Source: an uncultured Solirubrobacteraceae bacterium (lineage in GTDB: Bacteria > Actinomycetota > Thermoleophilia > Solirubrobacterales > Solirubrobacteraceae). Taken from it: a stretch of 64,000 nucleotides of DNA. Shown in pieces: positions 49,387 through 59,724 of the stretch (its first letter is position 1; each line of letters begins with the position of its first letter). The notes under the pieces are model-generated. The model had not been told where the DNA came from, ran no database searches, and worked only from the letters and a program-made list of their open reading frames with translations. The position numbers were made by a program, and so were the translations under genes. Location of the stretch: assembly GCA_963697955.1 (NCBI GenBank), contig OY969106.1:1065257-1129256 (forward strand), given 5' to 3'.

Positions 49387-50463
49387 GTGAGCTCCTCCGC
49401 ACTGCGCGCCGCCTTTCCCGTCACCGAGCGGGTGGCCTACCTGAACGCCGGTACCGACGGGCCGCTGCCCACCGCCGCCGCCGAGGCCGCTGCACGCGAG
49501 CTCCAGCGCGAGCTGCGCGAGGGCCGGGCGATGGCCCACTTCGAACGCCGCACCGAGCTCACCGACGCCCTGCGCGCCGCCTACGCCGCCGTCCTCAACT
49601 GCGACACAGCCGACCTCGCCCTCACCACCTGCACCACTGAGGGCATTGCCCAGACCGTGGGCGGGCTCGATCTCGGGATGGGCGATGAGATACTCACCAG
49701 CGACGAGGAGCATCCCGGCCTGCTGGGCGCCCTTGGAGCGGCCCGCCAGCTGCGGGGCGTCACCATCCGTGAAGTGCCACTGAGCGAGCTGGCCGAAGCT
49801 GTGGGACCGAAAACGCGTCTCGTCGCCTGCTCCCACGTCGGCTGGATGAGTGGATCGTTCGCCCCCGAGGAGCTGGGCGAGCTCGATGTGCCCGTCCTGC
49901 TCGACGGCGCCCAGGGCGTGGGCGCCGTGCCCACCGACGTGCGGGCCCTCGGCTGCGACGCCTATGCGGGCGCGGGGCAGAAGTGGCTGTGCGGACCGGA
50001 CGGCACCGGCATGCTCTACGTCACTCCCGAGCTGCGCGAGCGTCTCGCCGTCTCCCGGCGCGGCTATGGCAACCTCGCCGAGCCCTCCCTGGGCATCGAC
50101 TCGCCCCTGCACGAGGACGCCCGGCGCTTCGACACCCTGGCCCTGAACGCCGAGACCGTGGCCACCGCCCTGGCCGCCATCGAGCTGCTGGGCGACGCCG
50201 GCTGGGATGCCGTGCACGAGCGGGCACGCACCCTGGCCGCGAGTCTTGCCGAGCAGCTGGCCACAAGCGGACGCGAGCCGGCCCATCGCGGGCCGAGCAC
50301 CCTGGTGTCATTCGCCAGCGAGGACCCCGAGGGCGAGCGCTTGCAACTGGCCGAGGCCGGGGTGATCCTGCGTAACATTCCCGATCGCCCCTGGCTGCGA
50401 GCGTCGGTCGGGGCATGGAACGACGAGAACGACCTCCACCGCCTCCTGACAGCGCTCTCCTGA
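49387..50463 (+). CDS. class-V aminotransferase / cysteine desulfurase-like protein
   Basis: YLNAGTDGP, DGAQ, QKWLCGP. Confidence 0.9.
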   Translation: MSSSALRAAFPVTERVAYLNAGTDGPLPTAAAEAAARELQRELREGRAMAHFERRTELTDALRAAYAAVLNCDTADLALTTCTTEGIAQTVGGLDLGMGDEILTSDEEHPGLLGALGAARQLRGVTIREVPLSELAEAVGPKTRLVACSHVGWMSGSFAPEELGELDVPVLLDGAQGVGAVPTDVRALGCDAYAGAGQKWLCGPDGTGMLYVTPELRERLAVSRRGYGNLAEPSLGIDSPLHEDARRFDTLALNAETVATALAAIELLGDAGWDAVHERARTLAASLAEQLATSGREPAHRGPSTLVSFASEDPEGERLQLAEAGVILRNIPDRPWLRASVGAWNDENDLHRLLTALS

Positions 50464-50482
50464 GCACCCTCCCCCCCACCAG

Positions 50483-52612
50483 ATGAACTCCGTGCCGCAG
50501 AGCGCCATCCCCTCGGCGGCCCCCAAATCCTTCGACGAGCGCCCCGCCGGCGGCGAGCCCGGTCCACTGGAGCGCGCCCGGCTGTGGGCTGTGGCCAACG
50601 TCCGCCACCTCGCCCTCGTGTTCGTCATCGCCTTCTCCGCCGTCCTGGGCACCCACCACCTCGCCCAGAACGGCTGGGCCAACATCTTCTACTCCGCAGG
50701 CGACCAGTCGATGCTGCGCTCGCTGCACAACTTCCTGTTCGTCTCCTTTGACCCCGGCGGCCTCGTGTCGGTGGACAAGCCCCCCATCGCCCTGTGGGTA
50801 CAGACCGCCAGCGCGAAGCTGTTCGGCTTCACCCCCATGAGCCTGCTGCTCCCCGAGGCCATCGCCGGCGTGCTGGCCGTGGCCGCCCTCTACGTCATCC
50901 TCGCCCGGCGCCTCGGTGCGCTCGCCGCCCTTGCCGGGGCTCTGGCGATGGCCGTATTCCCCTCCTTCGTGGCCGTCTCGCGCGAGAACGGCGTCGATGC
51001 AGTGCTGATCCTGCTGCTCGTGCTCGCCTGCGGCGCGGGACTGCGGGCGATCGAAACAGGACGCTGGCGCACCCTGATCTGGTGCGGGGTGCTGGTGGGA
51101 CTGGCCTTCAACACCAAGACCCTCGCCGCCTACCTCGTCGTGCCGGGCATCGCCCTCGGCTACCTCCTCTGCGCACCCGGATCGCTGCTCACCCGCATCG
51201 GCAAGCTGGCCGTCGGAGGTCTGGTGATGGTGGCCGTATCCGTCGCCTGGCTGAGCTACGTCGACCTCACCCCCGCCTCCCAGCGCCCCTATGTGGGCAG
51301 CTCCGCCAACAACTCCGAGTTCGGCCTGGCCTTCGAATACAACGGCTTCGGCCGCGTCGAAGGACAGTCGGGAGGCCCCAACTCGGTCGTCGTCAAGCCG
51401 GGCGCGCGCGTACCTCTGGTCCACCACCACCGACCGCTCAAGCCCACCGCCGCCCGTGCCCATCCGGCAGCGCCCGCCGTGGGCGGAGCGCTTTCGACCA
51501 CCAACGGCTCCCCCCACCGGGCGAAGAACCCCATCCCCTTCGGCGGCCCGCCGGGGGCCCTGCGCCTGTTCGGCAAAGGCCTTGGCGACCAGGCCGGCTG
51601 GATGCTTCCCTTCGCCTTCTTCGGCCTGATCGCGGTGGCGCTGCTGGCCATCTCCGAGCGCCGCCGCCCGGCAAGCCCAGGCGAGCGCGAGGCCGAGGGC
51701 GAGAGCGAGCACCCGAGCTCCATCCCGGCGGGGCGGCGCGACCCGCGACTCGCGACAGCAATCGTGCTCGGCGGCTGGTTTCTGGTGGAGGCCGCCGTCC
51801 TCAGCACCTCCAAGGGCATCGTCCACCCCTACTACGTCTCCGCCCTCGCGCCGAGCACCGGGGCGATGGCGGGCGCGGGCGCCGTGGCGCTCCTGGGGCT
51901 CGCGCGGGGACCGCGCAGACTGTGGGCGCTCGCCCTGACACCGCTCGCCGTCGCGGCGACCCTGGCGGCACAGATCGTGCTGATGCACCGCGAGCACTAC
52001 ATGGTGTGGTTCGTCCCCGTGCTGATCGCCGCCGCCGCCGTCGGGGTGGGCGCTCTGATCGCCCTGCGCCAGCTGGCCCTCCCGGCGCTCGCCCTCGTGT
52101 TCGCTGCGCTGCTCGTGGTACCCACCGGATATTCCGCCTCGACCTGGCTTGCGCCTGTGGAGGGCACCTTCCCCGCCGCCGGGCCCACCTCGGCGGCCGG
52201 CACCGCCAACGGCTTCGGCGTCAGCGACCGCGACCTCGCCATCTACCGGGCGATCGGCAACTACGTCAGGGCCCACCGGCCCGGCTCGCGCTGGGAACTG
52301 CTGACCGTGGCCGCCGACACCGCCGCCCCGTTCATGCTCAAGGGCTGGACCACAGGTGCCTTGGGCGGCTACAGCGGCACCGACCAGGCGCTCGACGGCG
52401 CCCGGCTGGCGCGCTACGTGAAGCGAGACGAAGCGCGCTGGGTGGTGCTCGGCGGCGAGTACTCCACCCGCGGCGGCAACCTCGCCACCCAGGCAGTGCT
52501 GCGCGTGTGCAAGCAGATCGACCCCAAGGTGTGGCACAGCCCTGTGCCCTACCCCTACGGCCTCACCCTGTTCGACTGCGCCGGTCGCGAACGCGCCCTG
52601 GCCGCCGCCTGA
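50483..52612 (+). CDS. GT-C glycosyltransferase (family 39/ArnT-like, YkcB-type)
   Basis: SVDKPP, GLAFNTK, RPYVGSS, YNGFGR, HPYY. Confidence 0.88.
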   Translation: MNSVPQSAIPSAAPKSFDERPAGGEPGPLERARLWAVANVRHLALVFVIAFSAVLGTHHLAQNGWANIFYSAGDQSMLRSLHNFLFVSFDPGGLVSVDKPPIALWVQTASAKLFGFTPMSLLLPEAIAGVLAVAALYVILARRLGALAALAGALAMAVFPSFVAVSRENGVDAVLILLLVLACGAGLRAIETGRWRTLIWCGVLVGLAFNTKTLAAYLVVPGIALGYLLCAPGSLLTRIGKLAVGGLVMVAVSVAWLSYVDLTPASQRPYVGSSANNSEFGLAFEYNGFGRVEGQSGGPNSVVVKPGARVPLVHHHRPLKPTAARAHPAAPAVGGALSTTNGSPHRAKNPIPFGGPPGALRLFGKGLGDQAGWMLPFAFFGLIAVALLAISERRRPASPGEREAEGESEHPSSIPAGRRDPRLATAIVLGGWFLVEAAVLSTSKGIVHPYYVSALAPSTGAMAGAGAVALLGLARGPRRLWALALTPLAVAATLAAQIVLMHREHYMVWFVPVLIAAAAVGVGALIALRQLALPALALVFAALLVVPTGYSASTWLAPVEGTFPAAGPTSAAGTANGFGVSDRDLAIYRAIGNYVRAHRPGSRWELLTVAADTAAPFMLKGWTTGALGGYSGTDQALDGARLARYVKRDEARWVVLGGEYSTRGGNLATQAVLRVCKQIDPKVWHSPVPYPYGLTLFDCAGRERALAAA

Positions 52613-52636
52613 GCCAGGGCACCCCCAGGCCAGCGG

Positions 52637-54173
52637 CTAAGCGGCGACCGACAGCTCGCGGTGAAAGGCCCGGGCGAACAGCTCACGCTCGCGTCCCGCC
52701 GCCCAGCGGGGAACCGCCGACTCGCCGTCCGCGATCAACTTCAGCTCCACCGTGCCATTGTCCAGCTCCAGGCTCGTGCGCCTGCACGAGCTGGTCGCGT
52801 GAGCGCTCGAGATCCTCGGCCAGTCGCAGCAGCGCCGCGCAGCGATCCAGCCGGGCGCCATCGCCCTCGCCGAACAAAGCCCCCATCGGCCCCGGCGCCG
52901 GCATGCCCTTGCGGTGATAGCGCGCCGACTGGGCGATGATCGCCGTCTCAACCGGGGTGAAGCCCGGCAGCGCTCCGTTGAGGATGAGATAGCGCGAGTG
53001 CTTGTGGTGATCGTCGTAGTCGATCGACATGCCGATGTCGTGGAGCATGCACGCCGCCCACAGCAGCTCACGCTCGCGCGGGTCGCCGTCGTGCAGCCCC
53101 AGCCCGGCCAGCTCGTCGAACATACCCAGGGCGAGCATCGCCACGTGCTCTGTGTGCTCGACATCGACGTGGTACTGCGCGGCCATGTTGATGACGCTCG
53201 CCCGCCGCACATCCTCGAACAGCGGCGGGTCCCTGTCGGCCAGCAGGCGCTCGAAGAACACCCCCTCGCGCAGACCCGCCTCGGTCGTCTCCAGCGCATC
53301 GAAGCCGCCCGCCCTCAGCACCCCCTGCACGACCACCGCCCCGGCCAGGATCAGATCGGCCCGCGCCGGCTTGATCCCGGGCACGCTCGCCCGCTCGGCG
53401 GCGGGCAGCGACGCCAGCCGCTCGACGAGCTCATCGAGGGCCTGCGTCTGGATGACCATCCCCTGCACCCCGTTGGATGGCAGCCCGGCTGCCCGCTGGG
53501 CGGCGGCGGCCAGGTTGCGCACCGTCCCGCCGATGCCCACCAGGCGCTTGCCCACGCCCGGCTTGCCTCCCGCCAGCCAGTCGGCCTGTGAGAGCTCGGC
53601 GGCGACGTGCTCGCGCAGTTCCTCCAGCTGCCTACGCTTCGCCGGCCCGTTTGGCGGCAGAAAGCGCTCGCTCATCAGCACCGTTCCCAGCCGCCACGAG
53701 CCCGAGTCGCGGGCAAGGCGCTCCTTGACGCGCACCAGCTGCATCGAGCCGCCGCCCAGATCGAGCACGCAGCCGTCGGCGAGGGTGCTGGAGTTGACGG
53801 CCGACAGGTAGCCGTAGCGGGCCTCGGCCTCGCGGCTGAGCACCCTGATCGGAAAGCCGAACGTCGCCCGCGCCCGCTCGAGGAAGCTCTCGGCGTTCTC
53901 GGCGTCGCGGATGGCGCTCGTGGCGACAGCGTCGATCGCGCCCTCCTCGAGCCCGCTCGCCCGGCAGAAGTGAGCGAACACATCGAGCGTGGCCAGCGCC
54001 CGGCCCATCGGTTCCTCTCCCAGGGCGCCGCTGGCGAGCAGCCCCTCGCCGATGCGCACCGGCTCGTGGATCTCATCGGTCCGCTTCCACCAGCCCTCAC
54101 CGGCCATGAACACCACGAGGCGGAAGGAGTTGGAGCCGAGATCGATCACGGCCAGGCGCTCGTTCGGCTTCAT
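52637..54173 (-). CDS. ppx: Ppx/GppA exopolyphosphatase with HD domain; one frameshift near 52780
   Basis: IDLGSNS, ATSAIR, DLGGGS, GLREG, LHDIG; the C-terminus (SLELDNGTVEL...RELSVAA) continues in another frame. Confidence 0.88.
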
Positions 54174-54239
54174 CCTCTGAGCGTATTGCCCGCGCCGGAG
54201 GGCTCAACCGGACAAACCCCGGCGTCGGCAGGCGATGCC

Positions 54240-55553
54240 CTAATGCGACGAATCGGCGCTGGCGCGGCGGGCCCTGCGCATGGCGCGCGTGGCGTCGATC
54301 AACGCCTGCTCCGCGCTCTCGGTCTCCTCGTCGACGAGCGTGTAGCCAATACTGGCGCTGGGATGCAGCACCTCCTCGCCGAGGTCGATCGTGCAGGTGG
54401 GGATGACACGGGCGAGCCCCTCGGCCACCACGGCGATGCCCTCCGCGTCGATGTGCGGCAGCAGCACCGCGAACTCATCGCCGCCCAGACGGGCGATCAG
54501 ATCTGTTTCCCTCAGTCTGCGGGTGAGAGCCCGTGAGATGGCGCCCAACGTCTCATCGCCCGCCTTCTCCCCGTAGTGCTCGTTGAGGTAGGTGAAGTTG
54601 TCGAGGTCGATCAGCAGCAGCCCAGCCGTCTCGCCGTAGCGCAGCGAGCGGGCCACCTGGAGCTTGAGATCGTGCTCGAAGAGCCTGCGGTTGCGCAGGC
54701 CCGTGAGCTGGTCGTGGTCGGCGAGATGGCGCAGATGAAGCTCGAGATCCTTGCGGTCGGAGATGTCCTGCAGCTGGGTGATGAAGTGCAGCGGCACGCC
54801 CTGCTCGTCGCGCACCAAGGACATCGACACGATCGCCGAGACCGTCTCACCAGCCGCGTCGAAATAGCGCATCTCGATCTGGAAGGCCGGCGTGTCGCCG
54901 GCCAGCAGCCGCCGGCGCTGCTCGAGGTCGCTGGCCACGTCATCCGGGTGGACGATGCCGTCGAAGCGCTTGCCGATCAGCTCCTCGGCGGTGTAGCCCG
55001 TGATCTCGCACAGGGCGCGGTTGACGAGCAGCCAACGCCCCTCGCGGTCGAGCAGTCCCGTCCCTGTGGGAGCCCGCTCGAAGACCTCCTCGAAGCCACC
55101 AGAGATGCCGCGCGTCGCCAGCAGGTCGGCCTGACGCCGTGCGGTGACGTCGAGCACCACCGCCACCCCGCCGGCAACCGAGTCCTCATCGGGCACGCCG
55201 TCACGCCCGTTCAGGCGCAGCGGTCCCACGTCGACCATCAGGCAGTGGGCCTGATCGGCCGTCCACACCTCGCGTGAGCGCGTCTCACCCTCCAGGGCGG
55301 AGCTGAAAAGGGCCTCCACCACGCTCCACACGTCGCTGGGAAAGGCCCCCGCCACGGGCTGGCCCTCGCCGTAGGCGGAGGGTTTGCCGACGCGCTCGAA
55401 TGCCTGCCCCGCGGTGACCACGAACCTGAGGTCGCGGTCGAAGACGAAGATCAGCGCCTCGGGAAGCTCGCGCATTGCCGCCACCGCGGCAAGAGCCGCG
55501 CGGGAGATCGGACCTTCGGCGCTCGCTTGGGATCGCTCTGATGGAGCCGGCAC
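54240..55553 (-). CDS. PAS-PAS-GGDEF diguanylate cyclase (start uncertain)
   Basis: Two PAS domains, HDQLTGLRNR, intact RLGGDEF. Confidence 0.9.
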   Translation of the reverse strand: MPAPSERSQASAEGPISRAALAAVAAMRELPEALIFVFDRDLRFVVTAGQAFERVGKPSAYGEGQPVAGAFPSDVWSVVEALFSSALEGETRSREVWTADQAHCLMVDVGPLRLNGRDGVPDEDSVAGGVAVVLDVTARRQADLLATRGISGGFEEVFERAPTGTGLLDREGRWLLVNRALCEITGYTAEELIGKRFDGIVHPDDVASDLEQRRRLLAGDTPAFQIEMRYFDAAGETVSAIVSMSLVRDEQGVPLHFITQLQDISDRKDLELHLRHLADHDQLTGLRNRRLFEHDLKLQVARSLRYGETAGLLLIDLDNFTYLNEHYGEKAGDETLGAISRALTRRLRETDLIARLGGDEFAVLLPHIDAEGIAVVAEGLARVIPTCTIDLGEEVLHPSASIGYTLVDEETESAEQALIDATRAMRRARRASADSSH

Positions 55554-55621
55554 ACCCAAGCATCGGCCGATCGGGCCCGGCACTTGACCTCAGCAGCGAG
55601 CCCGCTGCCGGGCGCTCGCTG

Positions 55622-56464
55622 TCAGGGGCGAACGAACGTGTCCGGGTCCGGACCGGTGCGCCGCCCGGCATCCAGCGCCTCGATGGCCCGCATCTCCTCG
55701 TCTGCGAGCTCGAAGTCGAGAACCGCGAAGTTCTGCTGGATGCGCTCTGGGGTGACCGACTTGGGGATCACCACGTTGCCAAGCTGCAGGTGCCAGCGTA
55801 TGACCACCTGTCCCGGGGTCTTCGAGTGAGCCTCGGCGATCTCCACGATCACCGGGTCATCCAACACGAGGCCCTGCGCGAGGGGGCTCCATGCCTCCGT
55901 CACGATCTCCAGCTGCTCGTGCTCGTGGCGCAGACCCTGCTGCTGGAAGTAGGGGTGCAGCTCGACCTGGTTGATGGCGGGGGTCTCCCCCGTCTCGGAG
56001 ATCAGGCGCTCGAGGTGGGCGGGCTGGAAGTTCGACACACCGATCGCGCGGATCAGGCCCTCGTCGCGCAGCTCGATGAACGCCTTCCAGGTCTCCACAT
56101 ATTTGTCGTGGGCTGGCACCGGCCAGTGGATCAGGTACAGATCGACATAGTCCATCTCCAGCCGCTCGAGGCTCGCGTGAAATGCCCGCTTGGCCTGCTC
56201 GTAGCCGTGGTCGTCGTTGAAGCACTTCGTCGTGAGGAAGATCTCGCCGCGGTCGAGCCCCGAGGCGCGCACAGCCTGGCCCACGCCAGCCTCGTTGCGA
56301 TAGGCGGCGGCGGTGTCCAGGTGGCGGTATCCGACCTCCAGCGCGTTGGCCGCGACCTGCTCGGTCTCCTTGGGCGGCACCTGAAAGACGCCGAACCCGA
56401 GCTGGGGAATCCGCGAGCCGCCTCGCAGGGGAATCGTGGGGATCTGGCTGGTGTCTGGGGTCAT
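55622..56464 (-). CDS. aldo/keto reductase, 2,5-DKG reductase-like (alternative in-frame ATG at 56554)
   Basis: LGFGVFQ, DTAAAY, LIHWP, IGVSNF, IPKS. Confidence 0.95.
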   Translation of the reverse strand: MTPDTSQIPTIPLRGGSRIPQLGFGVFQVPPKETEQVAANALEVGYRHLDTAAAYRNEAGVGQAVRASGLDRGEIFLTTKCFNDDHGYEQAKRAFHASLERLEMDYVDLYLIHWPVPAHDKYVETWKAFIELRDEGLIRAIGVSNFQPAHLERLISETGETPAINQVELHPYFQQQGLRHEHEQLEIVTEAWSPLAQGLVLDDPVIVEIAEAHSKTPGQVVIRWHLQLGNVVIPKSVTPERIQQNFAVLDFELADEEMRAIEALDAGRRTGPDPDTFVRP

Positions 56465-56557
56465 GTGATTGGGCTGCCCGTGGCGGGTGGGGGCTAAACG
56501 ATAATCCTCATGGAACGTACGAGCGATGCTATCGGTGGTCGCGCCGCGGTCCATGTT

Positions 56558-56608
56558 CCTCCTTTGCACTGGTGTATCACCATCGCTATACACCATTGCA
56601 AAACGAGG
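56558..56608. repeat. recurring 20-bp palindromic element, copy 3, in a long inverted repeat
   Basis: CCTCC-TTTGCACTGG-TGTATCACCATCGCTATACA-CCATTGCAAA-ACGAGG; core 56573-56592. Confidence 0.85.
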
Positions 56609-56643
56609 TATACGTACGAGCTCCACACACGCCGCGGTCGCGC

Positions 56644-58116
56644 TCAGCTTGCGACCGTAACGGTGGGCGACTGCCCGAGCTGCGCCCCCCTGCGGTCGAG
56701 CGCCCGCACGGCGAGCAGCGATTCTGCGACGGGGAAGCGCAGCGCGCTCTCGAATCCGCTCGAGAGGGTGCTGGCCACGGGCTGCAGCGCGCCGTCCAGT
56801 TCGCCAGCGAGCAGCTGCCAGGCATGAACCTCGGTGGCCCCGTTCCAGCTCACGTAGACCGTACGGCCGCGTCCGCCCCCCGCCAGGGCGATCGCGGGCG
56901 CCTCGGCCGGGCACCCCGTCCAGGGGAGGCGGAAGGCGCGGTAGGACTCATAGGCGGTGCCAAGCGTGGCGTCGAAGAGCATGTGCCCCGAGCTATGGAA
57001 CTCGGAGACGTGGGGCACTTCCCCCCACCCCACGAACACATTGCCGTTGGGCAGCAGCTGCACGTTGCCCTGGCTGCCAGTGAGAATCTTGGGGTGGGTG
57101 TACTGGCGCAGCAGCGTGGCCGTCATGGCCTGCTCGTCGACATCGAGGACCAACCCGCGCGAGAGCGTCTCGACTGCCGGGGTGGCCCCGTTGTCGAACA
57201 CGGTGATCGTTCTGTCGGGCTGGCGGCGGGCATCGTGCTGCCAGGCGAAGGCGCTGCCTGGCCCCATGGCGAAGTCGCTGCGCTTTCCGCCCAGGCGCCA
57301 CACGATCTCGCCGTGGCGATCGAGCTTGTACACGGTGTGGGTGCTGCGCGAGGAGACCAGCAGGCTCCCGTCCGTGTCGAGATCGACGGAGTTGATGTGG
57401 AAGTAGTCCCAGTTGGCTTCCACCGGCGCATAGGACTCCGCGAGCGCGATGTGATCGAGGCTGTGCCACTCCAGCAGCACCGCTCCGGTGGCGAGGTCGA
57501 GCTCCTGGAAGATGGCGTCCTGGATGGTGCCCGAACGCGGACCGCCCACGCTCGAGAGGTCCGCCCTGCGGACGACATAGCTGGTGAGCAGGGCGGTGTC
57601 GCGGGGCGTGATGACGAACTCGTGCAGGTCGCCGCGCAGACCGTGACCGGCCTGCACCCGGCGCACCGTGTTGTAGGCGGCATCGGCGATCACGTACTCC
57701 CCCACCCCATGGCCGAGTTCGATGTCTCCCTCCCACCACGTCAGCACGGGGCTCCCCCTGTAGCTCTGCACATGGAAGTTGGTCGTCACACCCCTGGGCA
57801 GGGGGTTCTCCCAGATGGGCTCGCCAGTGTTGTCCACGATCACCGCGCCCGCCTGAGCGTTGCCCGGAGCGTTGTAGGGGGCGATGAAGATCGGCTCACC
57901 CGAGGCCCCCTCCTCGCTGCGGTTGACCGTCAGGGCAGGGATGCGCAGGTCGGGCCTGGAGCGCCACCTCGGAGGCACGGGAGGGCCTGGCCGCGCCGAT
58001 GCGAAGGCGCCCGTCACGAGCTCGCCGACAGTTCCGGCGAGGGTCAGCCCGGCAGCACCCATCCCCGCGTTGCGGAGCAGCTGCCTGCGCGTCATCCTCG
58101 GCTCAACCCATGACAT
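56644..58116 (-). CDS. Tat-exported arylsulfotransferase (ASST) family protein
   Basis: TRRQLL signal, DLHEF, DYFHINS, WQHDAR, SQGN, SYRAFR. Confidence 0.9.
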   Translation of the reverse strand: MSWVEPRMTRRQLLRNAGMGAAGLTLAGTVGELVTGAFASARPGPPVPPRWRSRPDLRIPALTVNRSEEGASGEPIFIAPYNAPGNAQAGAVIVDNTGEPIWENPLPRGVTTNFHVQSYRGSPVLTWWEGDIELGHGVGEYVIADAAYNTVRRVQAGHGLRGDLHEFVITPRDTALLTSYVVRRADLSSVGGPRSGTIQDAIFQELDLATGAVLLEWHSLDHIALAESYAPVEANWDYFHINSVDLDTDGSLLVSSRSTHTVYKLDRHGEIVWRLGGKRSDFAMGPGSAFAWQHDARRQPDRTITVFDNGATPAVETLSRGLVLDVDEQAMTATLLRQYTHPKILTGSQGNVQLLPNGNVFVGWGEVPHVSEFHSSGHMLFDATLGTAYESYRAFRLPWTGCPAEAPAIALAGGGRGRTVYVSWNGATEVHAWQLLAGELDGALQPVASTLSSGFESALRFPVAESLLAVRALDRRGAQLGQSPTVTVAS

Positions 58117-58261
58117 CTCAACCACTCAGGAAAGCGCACCAGCGCCAAGGCTTCCTGAGAGCAGCCTCAAGATGGGATCAAGGGCGTCGAAGAAACGTGC
58201 GAACGAGCCCGCCGCCGGATGCTCTTCGAATCCGGGCGCCGCCTATATCCTCTCGCTGGAG

Positions 58262-58642
58262 ATGGAGACATCCCCATCACCCTCCAGTTGGAGTGCCGGC
58301 GCTGTGGCGTGGCTTTCCGAGGGCCGCAGGTGGCTGTACGCGGTGGGAGCGACGGTGGTGATCGTCGTGCTGGGCGTCCTCGCGCTCGTCCCCTCGGGCG
58401 CCACGATGTCCGCCATGCGGATGCAGCAGCTCGTGGACAGCGCCTACAGCACCTCGGGGACCCGTTGCGTGGCGGCGCCACACGGCCGCGACCTGTGCAG
58501 CCTCAAAGCCGAAAAATGCCACGGCACGCTGCTCGTCGCCCCCACCAGCAACGGACACTTCGCGATCGTCAGCTCCACACCCGACCAGCTCGAATCCTCG
58601 GCCTGCGTGAAGAGCGAAGGGGGAGTCGGGGGCTTCGAATGA
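58262..58642 (+). CDS. membrane-anchored Cys-containing hypothetical protein
   Basis: One TM followed by a domain with 4 Cys. Confidence 0.55.
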   Translation: METSPSPSSWSAGAVAWLSEGRRWLYAVGATVVIVVLGVLALVPSGATMSAMRMQQLVDSAYSTSGTRCVAAPHGRDLCSLKAEKCHGTLLVAPTSNGHFAIVSSTPDQLESSACVKSEGGVGGFE

Positions 58643-58658
58643 CCACAGGCGAGGTGGA

Positions 58659-59570
58659 CTACTGACCTCGACGGGTCCTCCTCCACGTATGCGCCGGCGT
58701 CGCTGATGCGGCAGTCGCTGCCTCGGGCGCAGGCGCCACGGAGCGCGCCAGGACGAGCAGCGGGCAGTGGGCGTGGCGCTCGAGGTACTCGGAGGTACTG
58801 CCGAGCATCAGACGCTTCACCGGCCCGAAGCCGCGCGAGCCCACCACCAGGATGTCCACCCGATCGCCGAACGCCGCCAGCTCCTCGCCCGTGAGACCGT
58901 AGACGGCATGCCCGACCACGTCGGGGAGCGCTGCCACGCGAGCGCTCGCCTCCTCCAGCATCACGTCGATGCTCTCTCCAATCGCGGGCGGCATCAGACC
59001 GGAGTAGGCGATGCTCGGCAGCGAGACCACTTCCAGGACATGGACCTCGGCGCCCGTGAGAGCCGCGAGCTCGCGGGCACGGGCAAGCGCCGTGCGGCTC
59101 TCCGGCGAGCCGTCGTATCCGACGCCAACCAAGGCGAGCGGGGCGGTGGAGGCGGAGTACCCGCTGGGGGCAATCGCCACCGCGCAGGGGGCGCCGTTGA
59201 GGGCGGCGCGGGTGTCGTCTCCAAGCATCACACGACCGAAGGGGCCGCGGCTGCACGAGCCGACGACGAGCAGGTCGGCGCCCTGCTTCTCTGCCTGGCG
59301 ATGCAGGGCCCGGCCGGGACTCATGGCCACGATGCCGACGAGCTCCGCCTCGACCCCGGCGGCCGTCCGTTCGCGCTCGAGCAGCTCGGTGCATGCCGCG
59401 CGCTCCTCGGCGAGCAGACCGGGGATGGTGTCGCTGCCCGGCTCCAGCTCATCGCTGTGCGCGTGCGCCAGTGTCAGCTTTCCGTCGGGATCGGTGAGCT
59501 GTGAGGCGAGCGCGATCGCGTCGCGCCCATGGCCACTGCCGTCCACTCCCACGAGCACGTTCTTGAACAT
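58659..59570 (-). CDS. tandem-domain universal stress protein
   Basis: VLVGVDGS, ADLLVVGS, VGYDGS, GSRG...LGSTS; AAGGAG SD. Confidence 0.93.
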   Translation of the reverse strand: MFKNVLVGVDGSGHGRDAIALASQLTDPDGKLTLAHAHSDELEPGSDTIPGLLAEERAACTELLERERTAAGVEAELVGIVAMSPGRALHRQAEKQGADLLVVGSCSRGPFGRVMLGDDTRAALNGAPCAVAIAPSGYSASTAPLALVGVGYDGSPESRTALARARELAALTGAEVHVLEVVSLPSIAYSGLMPPAIGESIDVMLEEASARVAALPDVVGHAVYGLTGEELAAFGDRVDILVVGSRGFGPVKRLMLGSTSEYLERHAHCPLLVLARSVAPAPEAATAASATPAHTWRRTRRGQ

Positions 59571-59724
59571 CTCGGTCTCCTTCGATCGCCTGGGGCCGAG
59601 GCTAGGCCTCCAGCGACCATCCGTCCTCCGAGCTTGGCAGCAGGGTTGTTGCGGGCTTCTACCGAGGGCGCCGCAGCGCGAGTGAAGCACGATGGATGCG
59701 CGATGCAAAGCGCTCGGTGAGCTG

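Noticed and set aside
52637-52800. Programmed frameshift in ppx
   Set aside because: No slippery heptamer or stimulatory structure is evident; a single-base error is more likely given indels elsewhere in the contig.
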